A stretch of DNA of 64,000 nucleotides from Raillietiella orientalis (taxonomy: Eukaryota): positions 3,658,001 to 3,722,000 of the forward strand of contig JAYWIR010000002.1 of the NCBI GenBank assembly GCA_036172245.1. Direction: 5' to 3'. The translations under genes and the position numbers were made by a program. The notes beneath the pieces were generated by a model. That model searched no databases. It was not told the DNA's origin and saw only the letters and a list, made by a program, of their open reading frames with translations. Positions 1 to 14,259 of this stretch are shown piece after piece (positions within the stretch are counted from its first letter, which is position 1; every line of letters starts with the position of its first letter).

Positions 1-742
1 GCAAGAAGAATACGCTCGCCCTTCAGAATCTGACTGAACGACAAGCATCCGTGGCTGCAGTCGAATGGATGGAGACGGGTCGTGCCCTGTGGCCACCCAG
101 TTTGCGCGCAGCCGTTTCCTGAGGACAAGACGAACTTCGATTCCGCCTGCCAGAAGTGAAATCCAACAGTCGGGATGGAGTCCTCAGTCGCCATTAGCCA
201 CGCGCTCTTCCACGGGGTGCCCTCAACCACGTGGAATTTTTTTCGTTTCTCCATTTCTCGAATGCGAACCTGGAGGTCGACTTTCGGTCAGCAGATCTCA
301 TAAAATATCGTTCCGCCGCATCCTAGGCCTGTGAGCTCCTCTTTACATTAAGTTTTAAGTTTTATATACATATATATATATTTAACTGAAACCGCAAAAA
401 CTCACCATTGCTACCAAATTTCTCTTCCTTGCGCGCATCTTTGAATATTTTCGTAGCAGTTTCGAGGGTATGGAGGGAGGGGAGGGGGGGAGTAGGGAGG
501 CGCGCCTGTTCGTTTTTCCCTCCACTTCCTGGCGCTCCGTGCAAGAATTTTCTTTCCTCCTCCTCGGGAACGCAGAATGCTACGCGTTCGCCCACGCGAC
601 GAGCCGGAGGATGCTCATCGGAAGCAGAGCTCGCCCTCTGATCTCAGGTGTCACACCGCAATTTTCCCTCAATTCGTTTCCGCGCCCGATCCTGGTTCCC
701 GGATTCGGAAGCGCCCCGCGGCCTCATCGTTGCCTCCGAGGA

Positions 743-758
743 ATTTGAACCGGCCAAT
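743..758 (+). promoter_or_regulatory. Second copy of the composite TTTGAA+CCAAT element
   Basis: ATTTGAACCGGCCAAT, identical to 14260-14275. Confidence 0.35.
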
Positions 759-1535
759 GAGGGCTGGGAGCGGATGAGAAGAGGGGGAGCAGGGCCCATC
801 CCACCCGGAGGAGTTTAATGAGAAACGGCCCCTCGAAGGGAGGATCGTCGTCGTGGTCCCTTGCGATCGCAAGGGAGGCGACAAGGTGAAGGGACTCTCG
901 CCCACGCCCGTCCCAGGTCCCTGCTGGTGAAAGGCCGCAGGAACCTTCAACTGAACGGCCGGGGAAAGCGGCCTGATCCTAAAGGAGCTGCGTAGGGGCG
1001 CGTCCGACTCTCCTCGCGACTGCGCCTCTTCCTCTTCGTCTAGGATTGCCTTCCCCCGCCCCACCCCGAAGCGCCGACCATCCTCGACATCCCTCCCCTT
1101 CCCCGTGGAGCCTCGAGAGTCCTGGGCCGGTTTTCGCGCGAAGAACGCTCTCTCCTCCTTCCACTTTGGCGCTGATCCCCGAACCCCTCTCCCGATGCGG
1201 TGAAGCGCGGTCGCGTGCGGGAGGGGGTGGGGACAGGAAAGACCGACCGGGGAGTCTGCTGCTCTCCCGGAGCCGTAGCTGCCCGCATCCTGGAAGCGCG
1301 GCGGCAGAGGCGTTTCGTCCCGGACACGGCGGCTCCCGTTCCCCGGAAAAATTCACCTTCGGCCGGAGGGAGCGGGGGAATGAAGTGTCCCGGGGAGGCC
1401 GCTAAGCACCTGACGCATCGGCACCCCATTATAAACCCATTACACGCGATTTGTTGTGTCTTGTCGGGACTTAACCCCCAAATTTGGGAAACAGGACGAG
1501 CGACCCATTCAATAATGTCCGCTTCCGCTCCTCCG

Positions 1536-1538
<3 letters not shown>

Positions 1539-1572
<34 letters not shown>
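1539..1572. repeat. Poly-T tract
   Basis: 34 consecutive T. Confidence 0.95.
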
Positions 1573-1574
<2 letters not shown>

Positions 1575-4080
1575 TGTTAGCGTTTGCCCCCTCCCTCCTC
1601 CCCCAAGCGGCTTATTTTCCACTTTTGGGGAAAATCGCATTATCACTGCTCCGTAACCTCGGGGTCTGCCGCTGTCGCTGTCGCTGCCTTTTTTTTTTTC
1701 CTTTTTCCCTCCCCTTTTTTTTTTTTTTATGAGGACTTTCGGGATCGATTCCGCCCGATAATCTCGATTACACGTAAACAGAGCGAGAAGGCCGCACGCG
1801 GGATTTCCGGTCTCCTCCGGGCGGCGCCGAAAGGACTCTAACGGGAGGCGGGAGCGGGCGGTGGCGGCCGCGAGGCGGTTCCCGGAGGTCCTTCTCCTTC
1901 CCCCGAGCCAAGAGGCGCATCTTCTCCCGGAGTCTCCCCGCCCCGTCTTCAGCTACCCCCGGGGCTGCAGCATGGGCGAGCACTCGAGAGGAATCCCCGC
2001 TCCCATCCGCTCACCGCCTCCCTCCCTCTCCCTTCCTCCTCTCGCGACGCTTCCCTTCCTGGCGGAGACGCGCCCATCCCGCGGGTGCAAGGAACGGGGA
2101 GGAGCAGGAAGTCCGTGCCGGACGCGGCGGCGGCACCCTTTACGCGCGTTCGCCGGGTCCGAGGACGCGTGCCGCCGCCCCAGGGGACGCCCTTCGGGTG
2201 CAGTTAGATGGACAGGGCCTCCTCCTCCCTAAGCAGCGGCGCCGAAAACGCGTGCGCACGCCTGACCGCCCACTCCCGAAAGGGGCCGGCCCGCTCCCGT
2301 TCCAAAGGACGCGCGCACCAGATGTGGCAGTACCTGGCTGCTGCTGGAGTCCCTTGGTCGGGTCGCATCTTCGCCCGGACGCCTGCGCGGGTCTCGGCGG
2401 CCTCCCGGCTCTTCGGGCGAAACCTCGAGACGCTTCGTCCCCAGTCGTCAGCGTCAGCCGGACCTTCCGGTCCGCGACTCTCAGCGCTGTTGTCCCGCGA
2501 GACGTCCACCTCTCTCTCCTCGTTCTCCCTCTCCTCTCTCTCTCTCTCTCTTTCTCTCCCTGCGGGGGTAGGGGCGAGGAGGGTGGGTGGGACGGGGGCG
2601 AGAGGCAAGCACTTGTTCTCCTGGCTCGCGGGGCAGCTGACCTGGCCTGCAGAGGGCGAGCACCATGTCTTCTGCAAGCGAAGCGGGTGGCGAAGAGTGG
2701 ACGGGGGCGAGGGGGGGGAGGAGAGGGGAAGGGGGCGAGAGGGGGGGGGGGACAGCGGTAGCAGGGCGCTGCCGTCGCCGCCTCAGCACCTCTCCGCCAC
2801 ATCAGGACGAGCGGCGGGCGGCGTTCGCTCGCTCCCCGCGCGCCTTGGCGCATGCAAATGCGGCTCCCGCGAAAAATCCGCCCGGCCTTCCCTGGCCCGC
2901 CGGGTTCCGCCGCCTCGGGGTGGATTCTTTTCGGGCGCGCATCCCCTGCATCGGAGAGAGCCCCGGGGGTTTGCTTTGCACGTAGAGAAAACACGCCTCC
3001 CCTCCCCCCTTCCACCTCGCTCATCCCACCCCTTCCTTTTTTTTTTTTCCTTTTTTTTTGTCATCTGCTTTTTCATCGCGCGTCTTGCCGTTTCATCGCG
3101 GGCGCGGGACGCGCGCCTTTTGTCCCGGGTCCTTGCGTTTCGGAGGTGGCCAGAAAGGATGCTTTTCACGTCCTTCACCCTCCATTTTTTACGATTGTCC
3201 TTTCAAAGCGCGATGTTTCAGTACCATTGAACGAAACCCTTTCGGACCCTCCCGGTTATTATCGTATCCTCTCCCTCTCATCCCCCCCCCTCCTTCCTTC
3301 TTTATCCCTATTTTTTTTTTTTTAAATCCTATCCGCGCGATGTTTTCATGGCTGTTGCTGCCGGCAAAAGAAAAGTGTGAGAAGACCACGGGGGGAGGAA
3401 GATTTAATGGTGCTCGAAAAAAAAAAAAAGAAGAAGAAAGAAAAGGAAAGAGAAGAGCAGGGGGAGGGGACGAGCGCTTTCTTTCAGCGCGGGAAGCGTT
3501 TCCACGACGCTGCCTCTCGCTGGGGGATGTGCTGCGCACACCGGGATGCGCAGAAGGGGAAGCGCACGCCGGCGACCGGCCGGGTGGCGAAAGGGACGGT
3601 CCCCCCCTTTCGCGCCGCCGTTCCTCCACCGACCCGGCCCTGGCAACCGGCGTTGTCGCCGCCGCCTTCTCGCGCGTGCGCGCGTCGCCTTCGGAAGCTC
3701 AGAGGAACGCGCGCTCGCGCTCCCTCCCTCCTCCTCCTCATCTCGTCTTACCTCCCCTTCCTTCCTCGCTCCCTCTCTCTCCCTCTCCCCCCCCCCCTTC
3801 CTGTTGCGAATGAATTTCGAGCCGAGACGGACGTTGGAAGTGTCGCCGCTCGGCTTGGCGCTCCCGGCAAACAACAGCACAAAGGGCCGGCGCACGCGCC
3901 GCGTGAGGAGGAGTCGGATGGCCATCATCGAACGGTCCTCCGCAAGCAGGGGACCGGAGAGAAAGCACGAAGAAGAAGAAGGGGGGTGGATCTCACGGCT
4001 CGACCCGCGGTGATTTCCTCCCGATTCGTTCCGCGGGCGGCTACTGGCGCGCGGTGATTGGACGGAAGATGAAGCATCCA

Positions 4081-4122
<42 letters not shown>
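4081..4122. repeat. (GGCT)n tetranucleotide microsatellite
   Basis: About 10 perfect GGCT units. Confidence 0.95.
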
Positions 4123-5116
4123 TGGATTCCGCACTTCGCCGCGGCGGAAACGGAAAGGAAAAAAGGATAGGAAAAAAAAAAAAAAAAAAATGAGATTGAA
4201 ATAAAGGAAACCGGAAGGAACGTGACGGACGGGAAATGAACTTTGCAATTAATAATCCTTTTGATCAGCGAGCCCCCCTTCCTCCTCCCGTCCCCAGAGC
4301 GAAAGCGGACAGTTCCTCCGAAATGGTGGGCAGAGGGGCGAGGAGGAGAATGACACGCGCACAAAAAAAGAAAGAGAAAAAAGGAAAAAAAAGGAGGGAG
4401 AAGCGCAAAAGCACGACACCCCGGTGACGTCGTCTCTCTCGGTGCGCCCCTCTTCTTCCGAACGAGGGGCATGGGGTTCGCCTCTCACGCTCGCGGAGCC
4501 GTCTTGGCTCCTCGCGGCGAAGACGCATCCGAGGAAACAGGAAGGTCCGACCGGAAGGCCCCCTCCCCCTTAAAACGCGTTTCCCGGGCTCGCTGGCTCT
4601 CCGTTACCATGAAAGGAAACAGCGGAGGAAGGGAGGGCAAGGACTTCACGCAGCCGTCCCCTCGAGTGCTCCGAGCTGCGCCTCCGTCAACGGCCCGCGA
4701 TCCGTAGCCCTTGTCCTTAGTGTGGCACCCCCGGTGGCAGGGGATACCACTGGAGAAAGGGGTGCACAAAGTGGGAAGACCTGTACGCACTCGGGAGCTC
4801 ACGGGCGCCTTTGGAACTTGAGAATCCCCCGCGCGCCAACTCTCACCAGCCACGTGCTGGGGCAGGCGCACCCTCTCACCGCCTTCCTCCCATGTCCGCG
4901 GTTGCGGAGGCGACTCCTAGGCTGCCATCGACCCTGGGGAGGGGAACGAGAAGGAGGGGGGAAAGTGCTTGTCGTTGCCTCCTCCGTCCCCGGATGCGGC
5001 GGAAGGGCTTGCAAGGGATGTTCCCGGAGCGCCGCCGCCAGACCGCGCGGCTGGATGACGCGAGGCGGGGGATTCGCAGCTGTGGGAGCGGCGAGTAGCA
5101 GCAGCAGCCATCGGCG

Positions 5117-5145
5117 AGCAGCAGCAGCAGCAGCAGCAGCAGCAG
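5117..5145. repeat. (CAG)n trinucleotide repeat
   Basis: About 9 perfect units, with a shorter run just upstream. Confidence 0.9.
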
Positions 5146-8103
5146 GCAGGCAGGCAGCTGGAGTGAGCTCTTTGAAGTCCCCTGACGTGTGGCGAACGCG
5201 AGAGCCAACACGGGAAGAGCGAAGACTCGGGAGAGCCATCGAAGCGGCTGGTCCTTGGCGCACTCCGGGAATCCCACGAGAGCTTTCCCTCCCCTTGCCC
5301 GTCTATTCTTCTTCGTCTTCATTCTCCGCAAGCTCGGAGTGGCTGCGAAATCTCAAGTCGTCGTGGCGAGGAAAAGACGGAGGAGGAGCGCCGCAAAGGA
5401 GAGGAAGAAGGAAGAAGGAAAAAAAAAATTCTCTGCTCGGGTTTCATCCACTGGAAGCGCCTCCTCGAATTTCCGCCTGGACGAGGTCTCAGGTCTGGAG
5501 AGTTCGATCCACTTCCCTCTCCGGCAGCTGCGGTGCCGTCACTGGCTGCTATCAGGCGGCTGCTGCCTTCTGGACCGGAGTTTGACGTTCCCATGCAGCA
5601 GCGTCGGACCTTAGGGAGGGATGGGGGGGGGGGACCTCGCCGCTCAAGAGGTCGGCTAGGTTGAGGGCGTTCGGCACGGGAGAGGCAACCGCTCGCACCC
5701 CTACCCTTTCTTCTCCTCGCCACTCGAACCACGGAAGCTGCCCGGTTCCTGGGAGCGTTCCCCTTCCCCCCCCCCCCCCACACACACACACAGACAAAGT
5801 AACGAAAAAAGGGGGAAGAGGGCGAAGGAAAAGCGGGAAACCTGCATCCAGCAGGAGCGGCCAACCGCCGGAAGGTGATTCCCCTGGAAGCGGGAAGGAT
5901 TCGCCCGTCCAGGGAGGGAGAGCTCGCGGTCCCCCCACGCCTCCTCGGCCTGGAACGGGTGCCACGCGCGCTCGAGAGAGAGAAAGAGAGGGTATCATTA
6001 AGCCGGCTGGAAATCTCCAGCGACTCTAATGAGACACCAACACCATCATCTGTCTTCAGTTTTTCATAAAGTGCAGCCACGAGCGGAGGCTTGTGTACAC
6101 ACTGGGAATGGCACCGGGATGACTTGCAGGATCCGATTGCTGAAACTTCGGGAGCGTGACTATCCATATCCCAGGTTCGTTAAGGATCCGTCCAAGTGAT
6201 AGAAACAGGGTCGATAGTCCCTGTTGGCGTTTCGCCGGAGAGCCCGAGAACCTCCGCGTCCCATGAAAACTAAACATATAACCGTCGCGCTTGCATAATT
6301 TATCAGAACATCTGCATAAGGCTATGCAACATCTGCCACCTCGAAAGAGGACCAACCCTCAATCCAAATTAGAGTCAATTCGAAAGTTTCATTTCAATTC
6401 GCTGGAAGGATTAAGTTTCGCGCGCGCGCGTGCGCGCACGCGCGCACAAAAAAAAAAAGAGAGGTTTTGACGGAACGGAAATAAATAATTGCAGACCGCT
6501 GTTAGAACTATTAAAAAAAAAAAAAAAAAAAGGAAAAATGGAGGGAGAGAAGGGAAGGAAGCAGAAGGAAACAAACAAAAAAAGGAAGACAAAAAAAAAA
6601 TGCCGCAGACGGGGGGACTCTCTCGGTAGCTCGGGGAAAGTGCGAGGAACCCTGATACGGAAACTTCGGTCTGGGGGGGGGCGGCGGAGAGCTGCCGCAG
6701 GGCAGGCAGATCGGATGGAACTGGACGGGGAGGAGGGAGGAAGAGGAAGGGGGGGGAGTCCCATTCGCAATCAGCTGGCGAGGAAACTCGGCTCGAGCAC
6801 AATTTCCATCTTTTCCTTCCTTCCCCCCCCCCCTTCTTCTTAGATGACACTATCGAGCCGTGCTGAACGACAAAACACTGTTAGTTGCGGAGTCCAGCAT
6901 CGTCCACTGTTCTTCCGTTCAGGGGACACTCCCCACCCCCTGTCCTACAATCCAAAAAGATCGCGAGGTGAGCTCTAGCGTTGCAGTTTCATCCCCGATG
7001 ACGCGAAGACACTTCGAGCTCGGAAGGTGCCGCCGGATCCAGAAAGATTCCCTCCCTCCCTCCCTACCCGGCGTATCACGGCAGCGCATGCACCCCCTTT
7101 CCATTCGGGAGAGGTTTCCCCAGCTCCCAGAACCGTCGACGTTCAACAAATCAACCAAACGTATGCAGCTCCGACGGAGAGCTCGTAAGTTGGCACATTT
7201 TAACATCTGTAGATATTCGGAAGGGAAAATTTATAGGAAGACAAAACCCCAAAAAGGGGGGGGGGAGGGGGTTCATGAAATGCATCCAGACCTGCGTATT
7301 CCACCTGTGCGTTCACCTGCGTGCTTCACGGTCACCTCCGAAAGACACCGGAAAGCCCTTCGCGCAACATGCCTAAGCGGTGGACACGCTCTCAGGTCAG
7401 CGAGGGGGCGCCTCGTTCCTCCCGGCGCATCTGCGCTGAGTGCCTGGACCTGCTCCCAACAGCGGACGATCACCGCGGTAACCTCTGCTCCCACCACCGC
7501 GAAGATCTCCGCCCTCCCGCAACGGCCTGGTGCGATTGCTTCGCCTCCGGCTCCCGGGCTGGTTGCATTTGTTTCGCTGCCGCTGGCGTTGTCACTCCTC
7601 CTTGGCGGAGAACAACCGTACGCGACGACGACGGCGACGCTCAATCCAACGTGAGAAAACAAATCGGGAACTTCTTGCCTGATCGTCGTCGACGCCGTTT
7701 CGAAAGGGAGGGAGAGATGGGGGGGGGAGGGGAGAGAAGCAAAAAGACTTGCTTTTCTTTTCTCTTTTTTTTTTCCTCATGGGGCGGAAACGGTCGCCGC
7801 ACGGTAGCAGGTGGCTGCCCTGCCTAAACATGGCGGCAACAATGGGCAGCGCGGTGTCCCGTCGCTTTTGATGTCTCGGATTTCACACGAGCCGAGCGGG
7901 CGAACTTGGCATCCTCGGTGTATCCTCTGTCAATCAAGCAGGGAGAAGAAGCGACGGGAATACGGGGAAGAGAGGGAACGGGCTGCTCGCCTACGGCGGG
8001 AAATCACGGAGCGCGAGGTGTAGTCGTGCGGTCCCCGCGAGATCGCGCGCTCGGTCTCCGGAACCGGGAACGACCGGGACGCTCTGTTCCGCGATGTGTG
8101 GTC

Positions 8104-8104
<1 letters not shown>

Positions 8105-8144
<40 letters not shown>
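8105..8144. repeat. (GT)n microsatellite
   Basis: About 20 GT units. Confidence 0.95.
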
Positions 8145-8145
<1 letters not shown>

Positions 8146-11100
8146 CCCTATGGAGCGTGTGTGTCGAGAACCAGCATCGCCCGCAGGGCACACGCGAGCC
8201 CTTCCAGCACCCCGCTCAGCGGACTTTGGAGAAATTGCGACCGTCTCGCGACTCCGAACCCGAGGTGACCGCCCCAGCGACCCGAGCAGCTTTCTGGTTC
8301 CAAGACGGCAGCGAAGGTGTGCGAACGCCGCAGCAAATTTGGGGGGAAGAGTTAGGGAGGGAGGGGGCTGGGCAGCTGCGAACGCTCAAGAATTTCCGGT
8401 TTCGTCCCCCGATGCTGTTGCTGGTGGGAGGGGGGGGGGGGGGAACACAGGGCCGTTTCCGATCGTGCCCGCCCCATTCCCAATAACCAGCGCAGCAGCA
8501 GCGCCCATGGGAAAAAGAAAAGAGAAAAACAATTCCCGAGCTCGCCAGAGGTTTGGTAGTGGTGGGGAGGGGGGATCGCTCACGCACACGTGAGCACGTC
8601 TCCCCTGCACTTTGCACTTGGGGAGCGGCAGCAGTCCCCTCTTCCCCCGTGCAAACCCCGAAGGCGCTTTCGCAGGCGCTGCCCCGGTCGGTTTCCCGCC
8701 TCGAGGGCTGCTCCTCGGAACAAAAAGCGCCAAAATTCGAAACGTGCCACGGGCCCGCACCGTTCCTAATGCGTGTCTTGCTCTCTCGCATCATCAGCTG
8801 GGTTCCCCCCGGCAGAGGGGGCGCAGAACCTCGTAAGAGATCCGATGCTTATTTCGATTTTCCACGGGAACGAGGTTAAACAGAGTGGCAGAATCGAAGG
8901 CACAGCCTCAGTCATAACACCGATTTGTGGGACGTCATCTGGGGAGAAGTGAATTATTGCTTCTTCTCTCTCCTCAGCTGTTACTGTGTGGCGTGTTTTA
9001 TCTCTTCCTCTTTTGGGGGGTTCGCCATGGATGTGAGTGGGGCGGTCAAGCCGGTGCCTGCTCGGCTACCGCCTCAACCCGACGCACACGAGACCTGGGA
9101 TTTTCGACACTGAGCTTCCTGTTTTCTTTTCCCTTTTTTCCCCCTGCCCGGCGGGAACACCGCACCAGTTTGGCGCGGTGCACCCGCCCGAGGGAAAATG
9201 CGACGGAGGACCAACGGTCCATCGCGTACCCCCCCCAACAAGGAGGGATGCACGTCCTGGCTGCTGTCGGAATCCCGCGCGAACGACGAGGGAGGGAGAG
9301 GGTGAGGGGGGGAGAGAGCCCCTTACGGGAACGTGCTGGTGTGTGTTGCCTACTTTAGCTGGTGTCTCGAGTACGGCACTCGCACTTCAGCGAGAGAGCG
9401 CGCGCGTTTCCAGGGCGACGGCGGCCCAACTCGGTTCGAAAATCCTCAGCGTGCTTCGTTACAGAAAATCTTGTTTTCTGCACGGTTCTGTTTTATGACG
9501 ATAAATCAAGGAGGATGCCGCTCTTAGGAAGAGCTGCTGAACTGTCAACCGATCTGATGCTTTTTTTTTTTTTTTTTTCCTTCATCTTCTTTTGTTTTTT
9601 GCAAAGAGATGGAATCGCGAGTTGGCGTAATGGATTTTCCTTCCGCACCGAGGAAAAAACGAATTTTTTTTTTGTTTTACATATGTAAGAATGAGCGGCA
9701 ACTGTTTTTATAATGATATCCGCGCGTCCCTCCGCTGCCTCCGCACTCCTATTCGGAAGTGCGAGGTCATTGAATTTCTCGGAAAAGGCGAACTCTGATA
9801 GAAACTGACAAAGAATTCCGGAAGTTAAGAATAAAATCGTATCTGAAAAGAACGTCGTCAAAGGAACGGATTCAAAAATCAATCTTAAAGGACTGCTCGG
9901 GGGAGGAAGGGGAAGATTGGAATTAACATCGAGAAAGAAGTCGAGAGAGAGAGCGAGAGAGAGAGAGGAAGAAAAAAAATATGGACGCTTATGCAAGGAC
10001 AGTGATCTGAAGTCTTGGGGATCTACAATCTCGAGAATCTTCCGAAACCTAATCTCAGAATTACAGGACGGATTTTTCAAAGGGACAGGAAATTAATGTC
10101 CTGATCCAGGAACGAGAAAAATGCACGCGCTTCCATTTCCCAAGCTCCAGGGAGGTCGGTCCCCGTCCAGGGACAGCAAGGTGAAAGCGCGAAACACGCT
10201 CGAAGAGGAATTTCCCGAGTCGGAACGGTGCAGGCGACCCCGGGGCGGCCGAGCTACAAAGTTTCCTCTCGGATTCCTGGGGAATCCGTCGGCGTCTGGG
10301 AACCGAACGATGGCCGGCTCGAACCTCTCCGGCTGTCTCGGGCTCTCCGAGACCACTTCCCGCGCCCATCTCTCCGGGACTGGGCTGAGAGCAGGCCATC
10401 TGACAGCGGGCGTTCCGGACCGCACGCCCCGCAGTTGCTCTTTCCCTCGCTCGCTCGAGAGCGCACTCCCCACCTCTCTCTCCTTCCGACCTCATGCGCC
10501 CACACACATACGTGTGCACACTAGCCGGCAGATCTCACACCTATGTACGTGCGCGCGTGCAATTCGCCCAGGGCACTTTCGTCCCATTTGCTTCCCTTGA
10601 CCTCTTACCTGTGGGGTCGAATCCACAAACCGTGGCTGTCCGTCGGGGTGAATGAAGGCTCCGGAAAGCGTGGAGCAGCACCCAGGACGTCGGCAAGGCG
10701 AGCTGCAGCGTCGTGGCAGGTGGCTCTCCGTTCATAAGGGAGCGGCGCCTCACAAGCCGAGGCGAAACAGGATGTGTGAGAGGGAGATGCTGCCTCTCTG
10801 CACCCTTGGAGCGACCCATCGTTTCTCGTTTTCCCATGCCGCTGGCAGCCGGGAGCACGGGATGGTCAGGGAGAATTGCGGACGGTAAGCAGTCGACAGC
10901 CATGCATGCCTCCCCGAGGCAGGGCGAAACCCGATGGGGAAAGGCAGCCCAAATGAGGGAGGGAAGGGGGGGGGGGAGGCATGCGTTCCCGCAGGAGACG
11001 CCAAGAGGACGGACGCTCCGTGTGGGAAAAGCTCCGCTGTTGCCCACCGCCCCAAATAGGCAAACGGGAGGAAGGAAAGCAGGGGTTTCCCAGCCCGGTT

Positions 11101-12725
11101 CGATGCGAAATCTGCGCTCGAAGCAGATTCCGGGAGGGCTCCGGCAGAAGAGCGGATGCACCCGCTCGGCTGTTGTTTCGGAGTGCAGAACACCACCGCC
11201 AACGACGGCAGCGCCGCCATGCTGGAAAGTCCGCCCTCGAACCTGAAGGGTTGCGTCACGTGGTTCCAGGTTACGTTCCCCTCCCCCCCCCCCCTTCTCT
11301 CTCTCTTTCTTTGTCCCCTGGTTACCGTCAGCGAATCCACTATGGAATTATGCTTTTAGAAGCATCCGGTCACTTAGAAGAGGTTTCCATGACAAGTTTA
11401 CAAGCTGCAAGCTTAGCCACCCAAGGAACGCTGCCAAACTGAAAAACAAACAACGTGGTTCAGAAAAGGTGTTGGGCCTCCGCTCGTCTGCGTCGCTCAA
11501 CCGGAACTCGCGTTCCCGTGCTCCCTGTCAAGCGGGATGGTTGCCTTCATACGTCTGGTAGCCCTTCGAATCGAAGATGGAAACCGCATTTTCCCAGAAT
11601 TCCTTTTCCCATTGTCAGTTAAGTGGGACGGAGTGCGACCGCGTTCTTCCTCCAACAGGATGGCTGCACGCGGGGGTGCCATGGCAATCAACTATGGGCC
11701 GCGACCGGGGCTTTTCTCGATGACCTCCGCGGAAAAGCGAATCGGGAAGCGCTGCTCTTCACGAGGCGTGAGACGGGGGGCACAAGGAGTTACGGTCGGT
11801 TCGACTTTTCCAGGAAAAGGGAACAGGGGAAAACCCTTGACGAGCTCGCGAGGAGAGAGGACGCACAGCAAGAAAATTTGCCGGGAAGAGATGGAGCCCC
11901 TGCCCGGCTGCACTGTAGGCTGAGCTGGTGGGGGAAGGGGAAACGAAGTTGTCGTGGGATTTGCACGTTCCCGATCGCGTTCCGTGCAGATTCAGCAGTC
12001 ATGGAGGTGGAAAGCAGGAGGGAAGGTTCCCAAGGAAACGAATGTGTTGCGGTCACCAAAGGTACATACATCCTTCCTCCGGTTTTCCTCCCCGCTTCCC
12101 CTCGCTGGCAAGTGGTCACCAGCACGTGTCACATCCACTCCCGGTTCTCCGGACCAACGCCCAGGTGCCTTCTCTGGCAAGAACGCTGGCGAAGTTCCTG
12201 CAGGCATGGACCCCGTCCTGGGTCCCCCATCGTGGCGGTTCGGTGCTCCGCAGTCACATCGCTGAGTCTCCTCCTGCTGAAGCCGTCCCTCTCGCGTCCA
12301 GCGGCGTTCCGGTGCGCCTCGTCCGCGAGGACCTCTTCCAGAGGAACCTGAGGATAAGAATACGTTCTTCCGGAAGGAATGACCCCTCGTTGAGGAATGA
12401 CCCTTCCGCGGAGCGGGAACTTCAGCAAGGCTTCAGCAGGCCTCGAGCGGTGGGACGCATAAGGGGTGAAATCCAACAGGCAGCAGGTGGCGTTCTTATC
12501 ACGAACGGAGATCCAGGAACAAGGAGAGGAAGAGCAGCGAGACGGTGCAGGGAGTCCGGAGAACAGTGGGTCCCTTGTTCGAAACTTCCCACGAGATCAT
12601 CGCCTCCCTTCTCCCCGCCCTCCTACAGGACAAATCACCTGAGGGCAGCGAACGTTCCGGAGGAACTCGGTGACAGTGAAGGAGGAAAGGGGGAAAGGAG
12701 GGGGAGGGGGTGGAAGGAGACTGGA

Positions 12726-12752
12726 GAGGAGGAGGAGGAGGAGGAGGAGGAG
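12726..12752. repeat. (GAG)n trinucleotide repeat in a polypurine tract
   Basis: About 9 GAG units. Confidence 0.9.
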
Positions 12753-14259
12753 ACCGCGTGGCGATGCCGGAAGCGGTGATGGAAAGGGCCGCGATGCCGA
12801 CGGCGGAAAGGACCCGGGGATTTTCCCGCGCGCCTCAGGAGCAGCCGGTACGCCCGTCGGCGCTCGGGTCGTAAGGAGCGTGGGAGGGGGGGGGGGGGAG
12901 GGGAGGGACCCGGAGGAGCGAACCTGCCCGCGATTCGCCTCGAGGCCGATCCCGCCGTTCACCTGCGGGAGTCGACCGGGAAAGCGGCGGCGGCGGCGGC
13001 GGCGTCCGCACGCACCGCGTGCGCGCACGCGCGCGCGAACGACGGCACGCCGCGATCCCCCGACTAATCCTGCGGAGCGACATCTGCAAACGAGGGAAAA
13101 CCCGTCTTTTGGTCTGGTTGGCTCGCAGGATCCGAGCCGTCGCTCCGGGATCGGGGGAGGTCCGGAGTCGAACCGGGATTACTTTCGAATCCGGTCTTCC
13201 CGACCGGAAAGCCCGGCTTCCGCTCCGGTCGGCCTCCGCGCGCGCGACGCGGCGGCGGTGGCTGGGAGGAAGCGATTCCCCCCCGACGGGGGAATTTCCC
13301 GCCGTCCCCTCCCCTCTTGAAGCGCTCGCGCGGATTCCGCATCGCTGCCGCGAATTCCCGGAAGGACGCTTCCAGCGGACGAAGAGGCCTGCCTGCCGGT
13401 GACGGGAGCGACGACCGTTCCCGGATGGCGTCGTTAGCGCTCCCGCCCCCCCCCCCCCTCCCTCCTCCTCCCTCCCAAGGTGTTCGCGACGTATCCGGGA
13501 ACTCGGGAAACGGGAGGCCCAGGGACGAAGGATGGGGAAGGAAGGTCCCGGAAGAAAAAACTCTCCCTGTCGTGCTGGATGGAGGGAGGGAGAGGGGGGG
13601 GGGGCAGCGACGCAATCAGCCGGGTGCAGCCCCGGTTTCTCTCCCGAGACTCGAGCTCGCGTGTGGAGGGGGGGGGGGGGGAACCCTCCTCGTGACGCGA
13701 GGAGGAGGACCAAAGTCCTCTCTGCCCCGCGTCGGGCGACGCCGAGCACGCGAGTGCTGGGTTCAAGTGAACGTGGCGACGTCCGTCCTGCAGGACGACT
13801 CGCAAAGGAAAGGGTGTGCACCACCGGGTGGACATGCGGGTGCTCCCGGACGCGGTCCGAAGATTCCGCTTCATTTTCAAACGTATCAACGTTTCTTCTC
13901 CTTTTCCCCATTCCTCTTTCGGGAGCAGAGGAGGAGTCCGCTCGCCTGCGCGAATTCGGAGGTTCCGCTTTGGTTCTTTTTCCTTTCTTTTTTTTTTTTT
14001 TTTTTTTTACTCTTCCCTTCCCCAGCGCCGAGTCGAATTAAAGATCCTCGTTCGTTCAAATTCCAAATTTCCAAAAAACGCCACATGCAAAAAAAAAAAA
14101 AAAAAAAAGAGAAGAAGAAGAAAAGGAAAAAGATCCCCCTGCAGCAGCATCTCTCCAAGACGATCGCTCGTTCCGCGCCATCCATCTTGGGCACGCAATT
14201 TGGTTTCGTGTGATTCCTTCCGTTTGAAAGCGCTTCGGCCCTGCCGTTGTCGCTGTGAG

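Noticed and set aside
24..44. QNLTERQ peptide resembling homeodomain helix 3 entry
   Set aside because: It is not followed by V/IKIWFQNRR or a GT donor, and the upstream residues do not fit helix 2.
10610..10627. TGTGG-GGTCGAAT-CCACA resembling a tRNA T-arm
   Set aside because: An isolated stem-loop with no other cloverleaf arms.
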